From IMG/VR virus record IMGVR_UViG_3300030098_006717: a stretch of 64,000 nucleotides of DNA. One strand, written 5' to 3'. Under the pieces are notes generated by a model that searched no databases, had not been told where the DNA came from, and saw only the letters and a program-made list of their open reading frames with translations. The stretch's first letter is position 1, and each line of letters opens with the position of its first letter. The position numbers were made by a program, and so were the translations under genes. The DNA comes from an uncultured virus (IMG/VR IMGVR_UViG_3300030098_006717). Lineage: Duplodnaviria > Heunggongvirae > Uroviricota > Caudoviricetes. Below are positions 8,575-16,035 of this stretch, one piece after another.

Positions 8575-9054
8575 ATGGTAAAAAATATAAATAAATTATA
8601 TTTCGATAAGAATGTATATGATACAAATGTTGAATCTTCCGATGAAATAAAATTTCTTGGAAAGAAACCTGTAGTACTTGACTTTCATGCTAAATGGTGT
8701 GGGCCATGTAAAGCATTGAATCCAATATTAGAAGAATTAGATAAAGAGTATGGTAGTAAGCTTGATATCTACAAAATGGATATTGAGGAAGAAATGGAAG
8801 TGGCTCAACAATTTAATGTGATGAGTGTACCAACATTAGTATTTATTCCATCTGAAGGTAAACCAGCTATACAAGCGGGTGCGCCAAGTAAAGATGCATT
8901 AAAAGAAATTATAGATACTAGATTATTATCAGTAGGATGTGGTGATACTACAAAAGATAAATGTTGTGGTGGTGGATGTAAAACTACTAAAGAAGAAGAT
9001 CCAATATCAACATTTAATAAAATAATGGGTAAAATAAAAGGTATATTAAATTGA
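8575..9054 (+). CDS. trxA: thioredoxin with Cys-rich C-terminal extension
   Basis: VVLDFHAKWCGPCK and SVPT cis-Pro loop; tail GCGDTTKDKCCGGGC. Confidence 0.92.
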   Translation: MVKNINKLYFDKNVYDTNVESSDEIKFLGKKPVVLDFHAKWCGPCKALNPILEELDKEYGSKLDIYKMDIEEEMEVAQQFNVMSVPTLVFIPSEGKPAIQAGAPSKDALKEIIDTRLLSVGCGDTTKDKCCGGGCKTTKEEDPISTFNKIMGKIKGILN

Positions 9055-9647
9055 TAATAACAGATAAAAATAAATTAAAAATAAAATGTGAAAAAGTAAA
9101 AGATATCAGAGAAGGTGAAGATATTGCGGTTCAACTATTAGATCATTTAAGTAATTCTGAAATACCTGGTATTGGTTTGGCTGCAAATCAAATTGGTATT
9201 CAGAAAAGAGTTTGTGTTGTTAATGTTAAAGAACCATTAGCATTGATTAATCCTGTTGTAGTAGAAAAATCAAAAGAGATGTTTGCATTTCAAGAAGGTT
9301 GTTTATCTTTTCCTAAAGAATATGCAACTACTAGAAGACATGTTTGGGTAAAAGTTAAATGTGACAATATAGAGAATGAGATGATATTTACTTCAGAAGG
9401 TTCTACTAAAGAAAATTATGACAATGCTTTAGAGTGTGCTTGTATCCAACATGAAATTGATCATTTGGATGGTATTACAATGTTTGATAGAGAACTAAAA
9501 TCTGAACCTATTGTTAGGGGTAAAAATGCTCCACTCAAAATCGGTAGAAATCAAAAAATTACTATTGAAAGAGATGGTGATACAAAAATAATTAAATATA
9601 AAAAGATTCAACCTTATGTAGATAAGGGATGGAAAATAAGTGTTTAA
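9051..9647 (+). CDS. def: peptide deformylase
   Basis: GIGLAANQIG, EGCLS and QHEIDHLDG motifs all present. Confidence 0.95.
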   Translation: MIITDKNKLKIKCEKVKDIREGEDIAVQLLDHLSNSEIPGIGLAANQIGIQKRVCVVNVKEPLALINPVVVEKSKEMFAFQEGCLSFPKEYATTRRHVWVKVKCDNIENEMIFTSEGSTKENYDNALECACIQHEIDHLDGITMFDRELKSEPIVRGKNAPLKIGRNQKITIERDGDTKIIKYKKIQPYVDKGWKISV

Positions 9648-9777
9648 TTTATTAAAAGATGTGATATTAATCACTCCGTGGATTATATCTCTTATTGTTT
9701 TTGGAACTGTGTTACTTTTAATACAATCTTTTTTATATTTAACATATCCAATATTTAAAATAATAGATAGAATATAG
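9640..9777 (+). CDS. small membrane protein (45 aa, GTG start, not in ORF track)
   Basis: Manual translation VFNLLKDVILITPWIISLIVFGTVLLLIQSFLYL...; overlaps def stop. Confidence 0.45.
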   Translation: MFNLLKDVILITPWIISLIVFGTVLLLIQSFLYLTYPIFKIIDRI

Positions 9778-9796
9778 TTTTTCTTTTTTATTCTTA

Positions 9797-9804
9797 TATT
9801 TATA
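9797..9804 (+). promoter_or_regulatory. TATTTATA candidate late promoter
   Basis: 4 nt upstream of ATG 9809; no SD present. Confidence 0.5.
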
Positions 9805-9808
9805 TAAG

Positions 9809-10318
9809 ATGAGTAAACTATATGAAATATTAAAACCAGAAATAGAAGAATACAAAAAAATTGTAAAGGAAGCTTCTACCTCACTTTCTGCTGGATGGAG
9901 TCTTTTACATCCAGATGATGGTCCTTCGGTGTATAAAGGTGATACCAAACAATATATAGCACAAGTAAAAGAATTGGCTGATATGGTGGGGTATAAATTA
10001 TTACATCATATGATAGAAGAAGATCCAGATTTTCACTATGAATACAGAGAAAATATAGTTCCTGTAGTATCATTCGGTAAATCAGATAAGTGGAAAGATC
10101 ATATTTTAAAAGTAGGTTCTCAAGCTGGTTATGAGGTGTTGAGAGGAATATCTAAAAAGTTTGGATTAGAACATGATTCTGTTGAAGCTGGAACACCTGA
10201 AGTTTATCAGAGAGAGAAACAAAAAAAAGAATATAAGAAACTAAAAAATAAAAATAAAACTCCTAAAAATGAAAATAGAAATTTATCAGGATATTATCAT
10301 AAACTACTGGAGGAATAA
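9809..10318 (+). CDS. hypothetical protein
   Basis: 169-aa ORF with codon usage like its neighbours. Confidence 0.7.
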   Translation: MSKLYEILKPEIEEYKKIVKEASTSLSAGWSLLHPDDGPSVYKGDTKQYIAQVKELADMVGYKLLHHMIEEDPDFHYEYRENIVPVVSFGKSDKWKDHILKVGSQAGYEVLRGISKKFGLEHDSVEAGTPEVYQREKQKKEYKKLKNKNKTPKNENRNLSGYYHKLLEE

Positions 10319-10319
10319 G

Positions 10320-10703
10320 ATGAAAGATCATGATTTAGAAGAAATATTAATTGCTATAGAAGATAGAATACAGGTTATGGAAATGGAACAACACAAGTCT
10401 AGAAAATTGTTACAAATGACTATAGATAAATTAAAAACTATTTCTACATTTATAGAGTCTTTAACTTATGATTTATTAGAAGAACCTGATGAATTAGTAC
10501 CACTTCCTGGATCATCTATGAATAAAGTAACTGAAAATAGTTTATCTAGAGCTTTATTTGATGGTAAATATAAAGTTAAAGTAGAGGACTTGGAAGAGTT
10601 TAGTCAAGAAATACAATCCAAATTAGAAGAATTGAAAGAGTTCGAGGAAGAACTAAAGAAAAACAAACATAACATAGTCGCCAATATATTAGGTGAAGCT
10701 TAA
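10320..10703 (+). CDS. hypothetical coiled-coil protein
   Basis: GGAGG SD before ATG 10320; heptad-rich Glu/Lys sequence. Confidence 0.7.
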   Translation: MKDHDLEEILIAIEDRIQVMEMEQHKSRKLLQMTIDKLKTISTFIESLTYDLLEEPDELVPLPGSSMNKVTENSLSRALFDGKYKVKVEDLEEFSQEIQSKLEELKEFEEELKKNKHNIVANILGEA

Positions 10704-10710
10704 AAAAAAG

Positions 10711-10751
10711 TAAAAAAAAGCTTGACTTATATACCTTAAGATCCGTATATT
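10711..10751 (+). promoter_or_regulatory. sigma70-type promoter for the tRNA/tmRNA cassette
   Basis: AAAAAAAAGC-TTGACT (10722-10727), 18 nt, TATATT (10746-10751). Confidence 0.8.
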
Positions 10752-10768
10752 ATATATCTATTTACAAT

Positions 10769-10844
10769 GGGGGTGTAGCTCAATAGGGGGAGCGTTCGGT
10801 TTGCATCCGAAAGGTTGGGGGTTCGAGGCCCTCCACCTCCACCA
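10769..10844 (+). tRNA. tRNA-Ala(UGC), CCA encoded
   Basis: Acceptor GGGGGTG/CACCTCC with G3:U70. Anticodon arm TTCGG-TT-TGC-AT-CCGAA, T-loop TTCGA, 3' ACCA. Confidence 0.95.
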
Positions 10845-10918
10845 CGAGATGTAGTTCAGTTCGGTAGAACACTTGCTTTGGGAGCAAGGGGTCGTTGGTT
10901 CAAATCCAGCCATCTCGA
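10845..10918 (+). tRNA. tRNA-Pro(UGG), CCA not encoded
   Basis: Acceptor CGAGATG/CATCTCG, A73. Anticodon arm CTTGC-TT-TGG-GA-GCAAG, T-loop TTCAAAT. Confidence 0.95.
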
Positions 10919-10921
10919 CAC

Positions 10922-11258
10922 GGGGTCGACTGGTTTCGATTGCTAGATTTTTGACATAGAGTGCAAGTAAGTATGATTCACTTTAAAGAATCAATTCTCG
11001 ATATTCGGCAACGATTATCAAATGGCAGTAGCGTAGTCTACTTCCCATCACTCCCTGATTCCGATAGGGGAATAAGTGGTGTCATATCGGAAGACCTTCT
11101 TTTTAATTAGTTGAGAAGATAATAACTAATTAGTCTTGATAGAAGACTCGAAAAGACTATCTGATTTTTGATAGAGTTTTAAAGAAAAACTATCCAAACT
11201 TGTAGACGACTTTATGGTGAAAGCTGGTAAGACGGGGGTTCGAATCCCCCCGACTCCA
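10922..11258 (+). ncRNA. ssrA: tmRNA (tag reading frame GNDYQMAVA*, 11007-11036)
   Basis: 5' GGGGTCG pairs with 3' CGACTCC-A including G3:U. T-arm GGGGG-TTCGAAT-CCCCC. Helix 2 pairings TTGCTAG/CTGGTAA, CATAGAGT/ACTTTATG, GCAAGT/ACTTGT. PK1 AAGT/ACTT plus TGATTC/GAATCA precedes the tag. Confidence 0.93.
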
Positions 11259-11313
11259 CTAAAGAATTACTTGAAGTAATCAATTTTTTGATATACTTAT
11301 ACAGGTAGTTAAC

Positions 11314-11342
11314 AAACAAACATTAAAAAAAGTGTTTGTTTT
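11314..11342 (+). terminator. hairpin downstream of tmRNA, possible terminator
   Basis: AAACAAACATT-AAAAAA-AGTGTTTGTTT inverted repeat. Confidence 0.45.
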
Positions 11343-11355
11343 AATAAAAAGTTTA

Positions 11356-11363
11356 TATTTATA
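11356..11363 (+). promoter_or_regulatory. TATTTATA candidate late promoter for the porin operon
   Basis: Intergenic octamer ~230 nt before the porin ATG; variant TACTTATA at 11294-11301. Confidence 0.5.
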
Positions 11364-11590
11364 GGTACTATGAAAAGTTTGAAAAAGACTAAGAATAGAT
11401 TAAAAATGGTTATAATGAATTATTGTATACACAATGAACAAATCTTCCAAAGGAATCAATCCTGATTCTACCTGGTTAATATCACGTTATTATAAAATGT
11501 TATTAAATAGAGGAATATCTTTGCGATTTTGTGTATATAATGAGTTAGGTAAATAAAAAACGAGTTAGTTAATAGTTAAGGAGAAACTAA

Positions 11591-12481
11591 ATGAAGAACC
11601 TAAGTATGAAGACTCTAATCACCTCTTCAATCCTAATGTTGGGATTGTTTGGTATTGTTAGAGCTGAAGAAACTACTACTACTGTAGAGGTTACAGAAAC
11701 AGAATCTGTAATAACAGTAAGTGGTGAACTTAGTACTGACATTACCTTTGGTGACGCTACTACTTTCGTTAGCCCGTATACGGGACTAACATTTAGTGGT
11801 GACGGATGGGTTGTAAGTACAAATCTATCAGATGGTGAAGTGAACCTTGAGGAAGCCAAGTATTCTTGGACTCCAATAGAAGGATTTACTTTAGTATTTG
11901 GTAGTCAGGCAGAACCATATGGATTAGCGTGGGGCTTACATAGACCATCTAACAACTGGTTTGTTTCAACTCCAAGAGACCATAGTATTACTAATGGTGT
12001 AGGAATCGGATTGAACAAATGGGGTGTTGGTGCTGATCTATTTTATGGTGGAAGCACAGAAGATGTTCTTGATGGAGAAGGTGTTGTTACCGAAGAAGGT
12101 GGACAAATCTGGTCATCAAGATTTTCTTATGGTGTTTCTTTTGCTGGAATAGATTCCAAATTCGGACTATCATTAAATAGTAACGAAGCTCAACTTGTAG
12201 ATGTTAGTTTAGGTAATGACCTATTCACTACATCTTTTGAGTATGATTTGTCAGAAGAGGCAGATGGTGCGTATTGGTTGAGGGGTGTAGTAACACCTCC
12301 TCAGGCCCAAGGTGCTTTCCTTCTTATCGGGTTGAACTCCGATGAAGTTGTGACATATGGAGTTGGGTATAAATGCTCGGACAATATGAAAGTTGTTTCC
12401 GAGTTTAATTCTGGATTGAAAGATGCAGAAGGTAACGAAGTGGAAAATGACTTCTCAATTCGAGCAAGTTATTCATTCTAA
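11591..12481 (+). CDS. outer-membrane beta-barrel / porin-like protein
   Basis: Signal peptide (..IVRA|EE), alternating amphipathic strands, C-terminal FSIRASYSF beta-signal. FGSQAEPYGL resembles the GQxxxPFGL motif of OprO/P-type porins. Confidence 0.75.
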   Translation: MKNLSMKTLITSSILMLGLFGIVRAEETTTTVEVTETESVITVSGELSTDITFGDATTFVSPYTGLTFSGDGWVVSTNLSDGEVNLEEAKYSWTPIEGFTLVFGSQAEPYGLAWGLHRPSNNWFVSTPRDHSITNGVGIGLNKWGVGADLFYGGSTEDVLDGEGVVTEEGGQIWSSRFSYGVSFAGIDSKFGLSLNSNEAQLVDVSLGNDLFTTSFEYDLSEEADGAYWLRGVVTPPQAQGAFLLIGLNSDEVVTYGVGYKCSDNMKVVSEFNSGLKDAEGNEVENDFSIRASYSF

Positions 12482-12510
12482 TAATAAACAAATAAATCGG
12501 AGAAATAAAA

Positions 12511-12741
12511 ATGAATATTAAATCAATTTTCGGATCAATCGGTGATGTATTAAGCGGTATAGCTGGTGTTTTAACTGGACTAGTGTCAGTTTCAATTCTA
12601 TCAACTGTAGTGTTTGGTAGTGGCTGGTTAGGTACTGATATCATTGCTAATATTTCAGCACTTGTAGGTTCATTCCTATCAGGTGGTGTTACTGGATTAT
12701 TAGTATTAATTATTCTATTATCTTTATGGGATAGTAAGTAA
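12511..12741 (+). CDS. small Gly-rich membrane protein (2 TM)
   Basis: Almost entirely hydrophobic; GGAG SD; co-terminated with the porin. Confidence 0.75.
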   Translation: MNIKSIFGSIGDVLSGIAGVLTGLVSVSILSTVVFGSGWLGTDIIANISALVGSFLSGGVTGLLVLIILLSLWDSK

Positions 12742-12766
12742 TTAATTGATTAAAAACACGTTGAAG

Positions 12767-12797
12767 AAAAAGGGTAAGATAATTCTTACCCTTTTTT
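12767..12797 (+). terminator. intrinsic terminator
   Basis: AAAAAGGGTAAGA-TAAT-TCTTACCCTTTTTT. Confidence 0.85.
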
Positions 12798-12810
12798 GTT
12801 ATATATATTA

Positions 12811-12818
12811 TATTTATA
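12811..12818 (+). promoter_or_regulatory. TATTTATA candidate late promoter for phoH
   Basis: Immediately after the terminator, 50 nt before the phoH ATG. Confidence 0.55.
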
Positions 12819-12867
12819 GGTAAGAAGCGGGGAATGTATCTATAAAACATTAAATAGGAGGTTTCTA

Positions 12868-13740
12868 ATGTCAAAGACAAGAAGTTCTCAAAAAAAGGTT
12901 TCACTTTCCGAACTAAATAATCACACTGTAAATAATAAACGTCAAGCTTTGAAGGATTTAAAATTATTAAATTTTAATGATTTACAATATAAAAATCCAG
13001 CTCAAAGAAGATTTTATAAAACCATATCTACAAAAGACATAACATTTGGAATAGGTCCAGCTGGATGTGGTAAAACATATTTATCAGTTCACAGAGCTTT
13101 AAGAGAGTTAGGTGACAAAGATAATTCTATTGATGGAATTGTTATTGTCAAACCACTTGTAGAAGCTGCTGGTGAAAAGATAGGATATCTACCTGGTGAT
13201 GTGGAAGAAAAGACAGCACCATTTATGATGTCGTTTTATTATAATATGGAACAGATTATTGGTAAACAAAGATTACAAGTCCTAAAGGAAAGTAATACAA
13301 TTCAAGTAATACCATTAGCATTTATGAGAGGTATTACACTTTCTGATAAATTTGTTATACTTGATGAAGCACAGAACGCTACACCTGAACAAATAAAAAT
13401 GTTTGTTACAAGGATTGGTGAAAATTCTAAATATATCATTACGGGTGATTTGGAACAATCTGATATAGCAAAACATAAGAGTGGTTTAGAAGATGCAATC
13501 AAAAGATTTGCTGGTGTTCACGGAGTTGGATTGGCTTCATTTAAAGAAAAAGATATTGTTAGACATTCATTAGTTAAAAGATTATTAAAAAGATATAAAG
13601 ATAATTTTAATATTATAGATGCTGTATCAGCTGAAGATACTATATCAATGTGGATACAAGATGAAGGACTAGATGCTCCTGTAGATGGATCATCTGCTAA
13701 TGAAAGTGAATATCACTATAGACTAAATCAAATAAAATAA
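12868..13740 (+). CDS. phoH: PhoH-family ATPase
   Basis: GPAGCGKT Walker A; GYLPGD, PLAFMRG, ILDEAQN, TRIGENSK, GDLEQSD and DIVRH motifs. Confidence 0.96.
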   Translation: MSKTRSSQKKVSLSELNNHTVNNKRQALKDLKLLNFNDLQYKNPAQRRFYKTISTKDITFGIGPAGCGKTYLSVHRALRELGDKDNSIDGIVIVKPLVEAAGEKIGYLPGDVEEKTAPFMMSFYYNMEQIIGKQRLQVLKESNTIQVIPLAFMRGITLSDKFVILDEAQNATPEQIKMFVTRIGENSKYIITGDLEQSDIAKHKSGLEDAIKRFAGVHGVGLASFKEKDIVRHSLVKRLLKRYKDNFNIIDAVSAEDTISMWIQDEGLDAPVDGSSANESEYHYRLNQIK

Positions 13741-13741
13741 T

Positions 13742-13781
13742 AAAAAAAAGCTTGACTTTTATGGTATAAAGGTTGTATATT
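13742..13781 (+). promoter_or_regulatory. sigma70-type (early) promoter
   Basis: AAAAAAAAGC-TTGACT (13752-13757), 18 nt, TATATT (13776-13781). Confidence 0.75.
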
Positions 13782-13818
13782 GTTATATGTATTTTAATAA
13801 TATATTAGGAGAATCTTT

Positions 13819-14340
13819 ATGATCAAAACTTCATATGCAACTTGGGTAGCAGTTATCCCAATGTTAATTTTAACTTGGTACTTTTCTGGAATGATGGACG
13901 AGCACTACGAGTTGATAGGTAATTTAAGACAACAAATAAACGAATTACAACAAAATTGTGACTATAAATTAACAAATAAAATTTCATATGAAGTCACGGT
14001 AACCACGTACAATCCAACGAGAGCTCAATGTGATGATACACCGAACATTACAGCTGATGGAACAAGGTTTCATACTTGGAAAGCATCTTCATATCGTTAT
14101 GTTGCTTTATCAAGAGATTTGTTGTCAAGATGGGGTGGCCCTTTTAACTACGGAGACTACATCGTAATCGAAGGAACTGGTGATAGAGATGGTGTGTATC
14201 AAGTAAGAGATACAATGAATCCAAAATGGGTAAAAAGAGTTGATATACTTACAACTAATAGTAGATTTAAATATAATAATATTACAATGTATAAGTATGT
14301 TGATGAAGAATATTTAGTTACTGAAGGTTATATAAATTAG
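13819..14340 (+). CDS. 3D-domain (MltA-like lytic transglycosylase fold) protein with N-terminal TM anchor
   Basis: VTVTTYNP...TADG...VALSRDL...YQVRDTM...RVDIL, with the three conserved Asp of the 3D domain. Confidence 0.8.
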   Translation: MIKTSYATWVAVIPMLILTWYFSGMMDEHYELIGNLRQQINELQQNCDYKLTNKISYEVTVTTYNPTRAQCDDTPNITADGTRFHTWKASSYRYVALSRDLLSRWGGPFNYGDYIVIEGTGDRDGVYQVRDTMNPKWVKRVDILTTNSRFKYNNITMYKYVDEEYLVTEGYIN

Positions 14341-14351
14341 GAGAAGCACAT

Positions 14352-14573
14352 ATGAAATGTATGATGAGTGTGGATGGCTCTAATATCGTTAGAGTTTCAG
14401 ACGAAAAAGCAGCAAAGTTATATCACGAAGGTTTTAGATATGTATCTAAATCTTTATGGAAAGAAAAAGTTCGTGATGTAGAAAAACCAAAAGAAGAAAC
14501 AACTACAAAAAGGAAATCCAATAAGATGTCAAAATCTGCAAAAAGACATATGAGGAAATCTAATAAATGTTAA
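14352..14573 (+). CDS. hypothetical basic protein
   Basis: AGGAG SD, 73-aa ORF. Confidence 0.65.
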   Translation: MKCMMSVDGSNIVRVSDEKAAKLYHEGFRYVSKSLWKEKVRDVEKPKEETTTKRKSNKMSKSAKRHMRKSNKC

Positions 14574-14911
14574 ATAAAGATGTTATAATAGCTATATCAA
14601 TATTATTTTCAGTTCAAATAGTTATATGGTATCAATTAAACGGACAACTTGCTTATGGTTGGTTTAAAGATCATCCGTGGTTATTGTCTTTGTTAGGAGT
14701 TCCTATAAGTTATGCTTTGATATTAACAACTGAATATGGATATAGGGGGTTTGGAGAACAATTGTGGCCTGTTAGATTAATGGGATTTGCGGTTGGGATG
14801 ATATCATTTCCTTTTATTACATATTTTATGTTAGGTGAAGGAATAACAATTAAAACTGGAATTTCAATAGCATTAGCTTGTGTTATTATGATAATACAAT
14901 TATTTTGGTAA
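14567..14911 (+). CDS. 4-TM membrane protein (DMT/EamA-like)
   Basis: Four hydrophobic helices; MLGEGITIK..GI.LA resembles the EamA/SMR C-terminal motif. Confidence 0.65.
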   Translation: MLNKDVIIAISILFSVQIVIWYQLNGQLAYGWFKDHPWLLSLLGVPISYALILTTEYGYRGFGEQLWPVRLMGFAVGMISFPFITYFMLGEGITIKTGISIALACVIMIIQLFW

Positions 14912-14948
14912 AAAAAAGCTTGACTTTTGTTAAAAAATGTTGTAAATT
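14910..14948 (+). promoter_or_regulatory. sigma70-type (early) promoter
   Basis: AAAAAAAAGC-TTGACT (14920-14925), 17 nt, TAAATT (14943-14948). Confidence 0.7.
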
Positions 14949-14966
14949 ATAACAAATAGGAGAATT

Positions 14967-15836
14967 ATGATAAGTTATATAGGTGGTAAATCAAGAATGG
15001 CAAAATGGATATCTGGATATATCCCAAATAATATTGAGACATATGTTGAGGTATTTGGTGGAGCATTTTGGGTATATGTGAATGGAGATGTCCATACAAG
15101 ACCCAAACTGAAAAAAGTTATTTACAATGATTTCAATAGATATATGGTAAATCTTTTTGAGTGTTGTAAAACTCCACAAGAATTTTATGATTCTATGTTA
15201 GAGATAAAAGCACAAGATGAAGAGTTATTTTATAAATTTAAAAAAGAAGTATTTGAAGACAATGATGTGAATGATGTAACATTAGGTGATAAAGATTTTG
15301 GAATGAAATATGCTTATATAGTTACTCAAGTATTTTCGGGATTGAATCCAGAGAAGGGTAAATTTATTGATTTGAAAGGTAAGTATAAATCAAAGTTTGA
15401 CGCTTTCAGAAGAAGATTAGTAAAAAATGACATATCAGATAAATTAAAAAAGATTGATGTATGTGAGAATATGGATTATTCTGATGTGATAAAAAAATAT
15501 GATTCACCTACAACATACTTTTATGTAGACCCACCTTATTGGAAAACTGAAAACTATTATTCACTTCACGATTTTGATAGAGATGATCATGAGAAATTAT
15601 GTTTACAACTCCGTGATATTCAAGGTAAGTTTAGTTTATCCTATTATGATTTTGATTTGTTAAGTGAATGGTTACCTGAATCGGAATATGTTTGGGAAAG
15701 AAGAGAATTTGTAAAAGCTGCCTCTGCTAGAAAAGATGGTAAACAGAATAAAGGTGAAGAATTATTAATAATGAATTATAAACTTGAAGAAGAAAATCAA
15801 AATAAATTAGTTGGGGAGTTTTTTGATAATGAGTGA
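14967..15836 (+). CDS. D12-class N6-adenine DNA methyltransferase (Dam-like, orphan)
   Basis: YIGGKS, YVEVFGGA (motif I), YND, YVDPPY (motif IV), ELLIMNY. Target site not determinable from sequence. Confidence 0.9.
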   Translation: MISYIGGKSRMAKWISGYIPNNIETYVEVFGGAFWVYVNGDVHTRPKLKKVIYNDFNRYMVNLFECCKTPQEFYDSMLEIKAQDEELFYKFKKEVFEDNDVNDVTLGDKDFGMKYAYIVTQVFSGLNPEKGKFIDLKGKYKSKFDAFRRRLVKNDISDKLKKIDVCENMDYSDVIKKYDSPTTYFYVDPPYWKTENYYSLHDFDRDDHEKLCLQLRDIQGKFSLSYYDFDLLSEWLPESEYVWERREFVKAASARKDGKQNKGEELLIMNYKLEEENQNKLVGEFFDNE

Positions 15837-16035
15837 TGAAATTGTAAAACAAATTAAAGACATTGTAGATAAGTATCCAAACAATATGGAATTAGGAAAA
15901 AAGATAAGAAGTTTTTTTTGGAAATTGGAAGAAGAACCAACATACATCTATGAATCACCTGACGGTGGAACAACTGTATATAAAAGAGAATTTGGAAATT
16001 ATAAAAATAGACAAAAGGTAGATAATAATGAATAA
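15829..16035 (+). CDS. hypothetical protein
   Basis: ATG 15829 after GGGGAG; contains YIYESPDGGTTVYKR. Confidence 0.65.
   Translation: MSDEIVKQIKDIVDKYPNNMELGKKIRSFFWKLEEEPTYIYESPDGGTTVYKREFGNYKNRQKVDNNE

Noticed and set aside
11370..11465. 31-codon ORF in the porin leader (MKSLKKTKNR...)
   Set aside because: No SD and no recognisable features; better explained as a structured leader, though a leaderless uORF cannot be fully excluded.
14967..15836. Methyltransferase as part of a restriction-modification system
   Set aside because: No cognate endonuclease is recognisable nearby; orphan Dam-like MTases are common in large phages.
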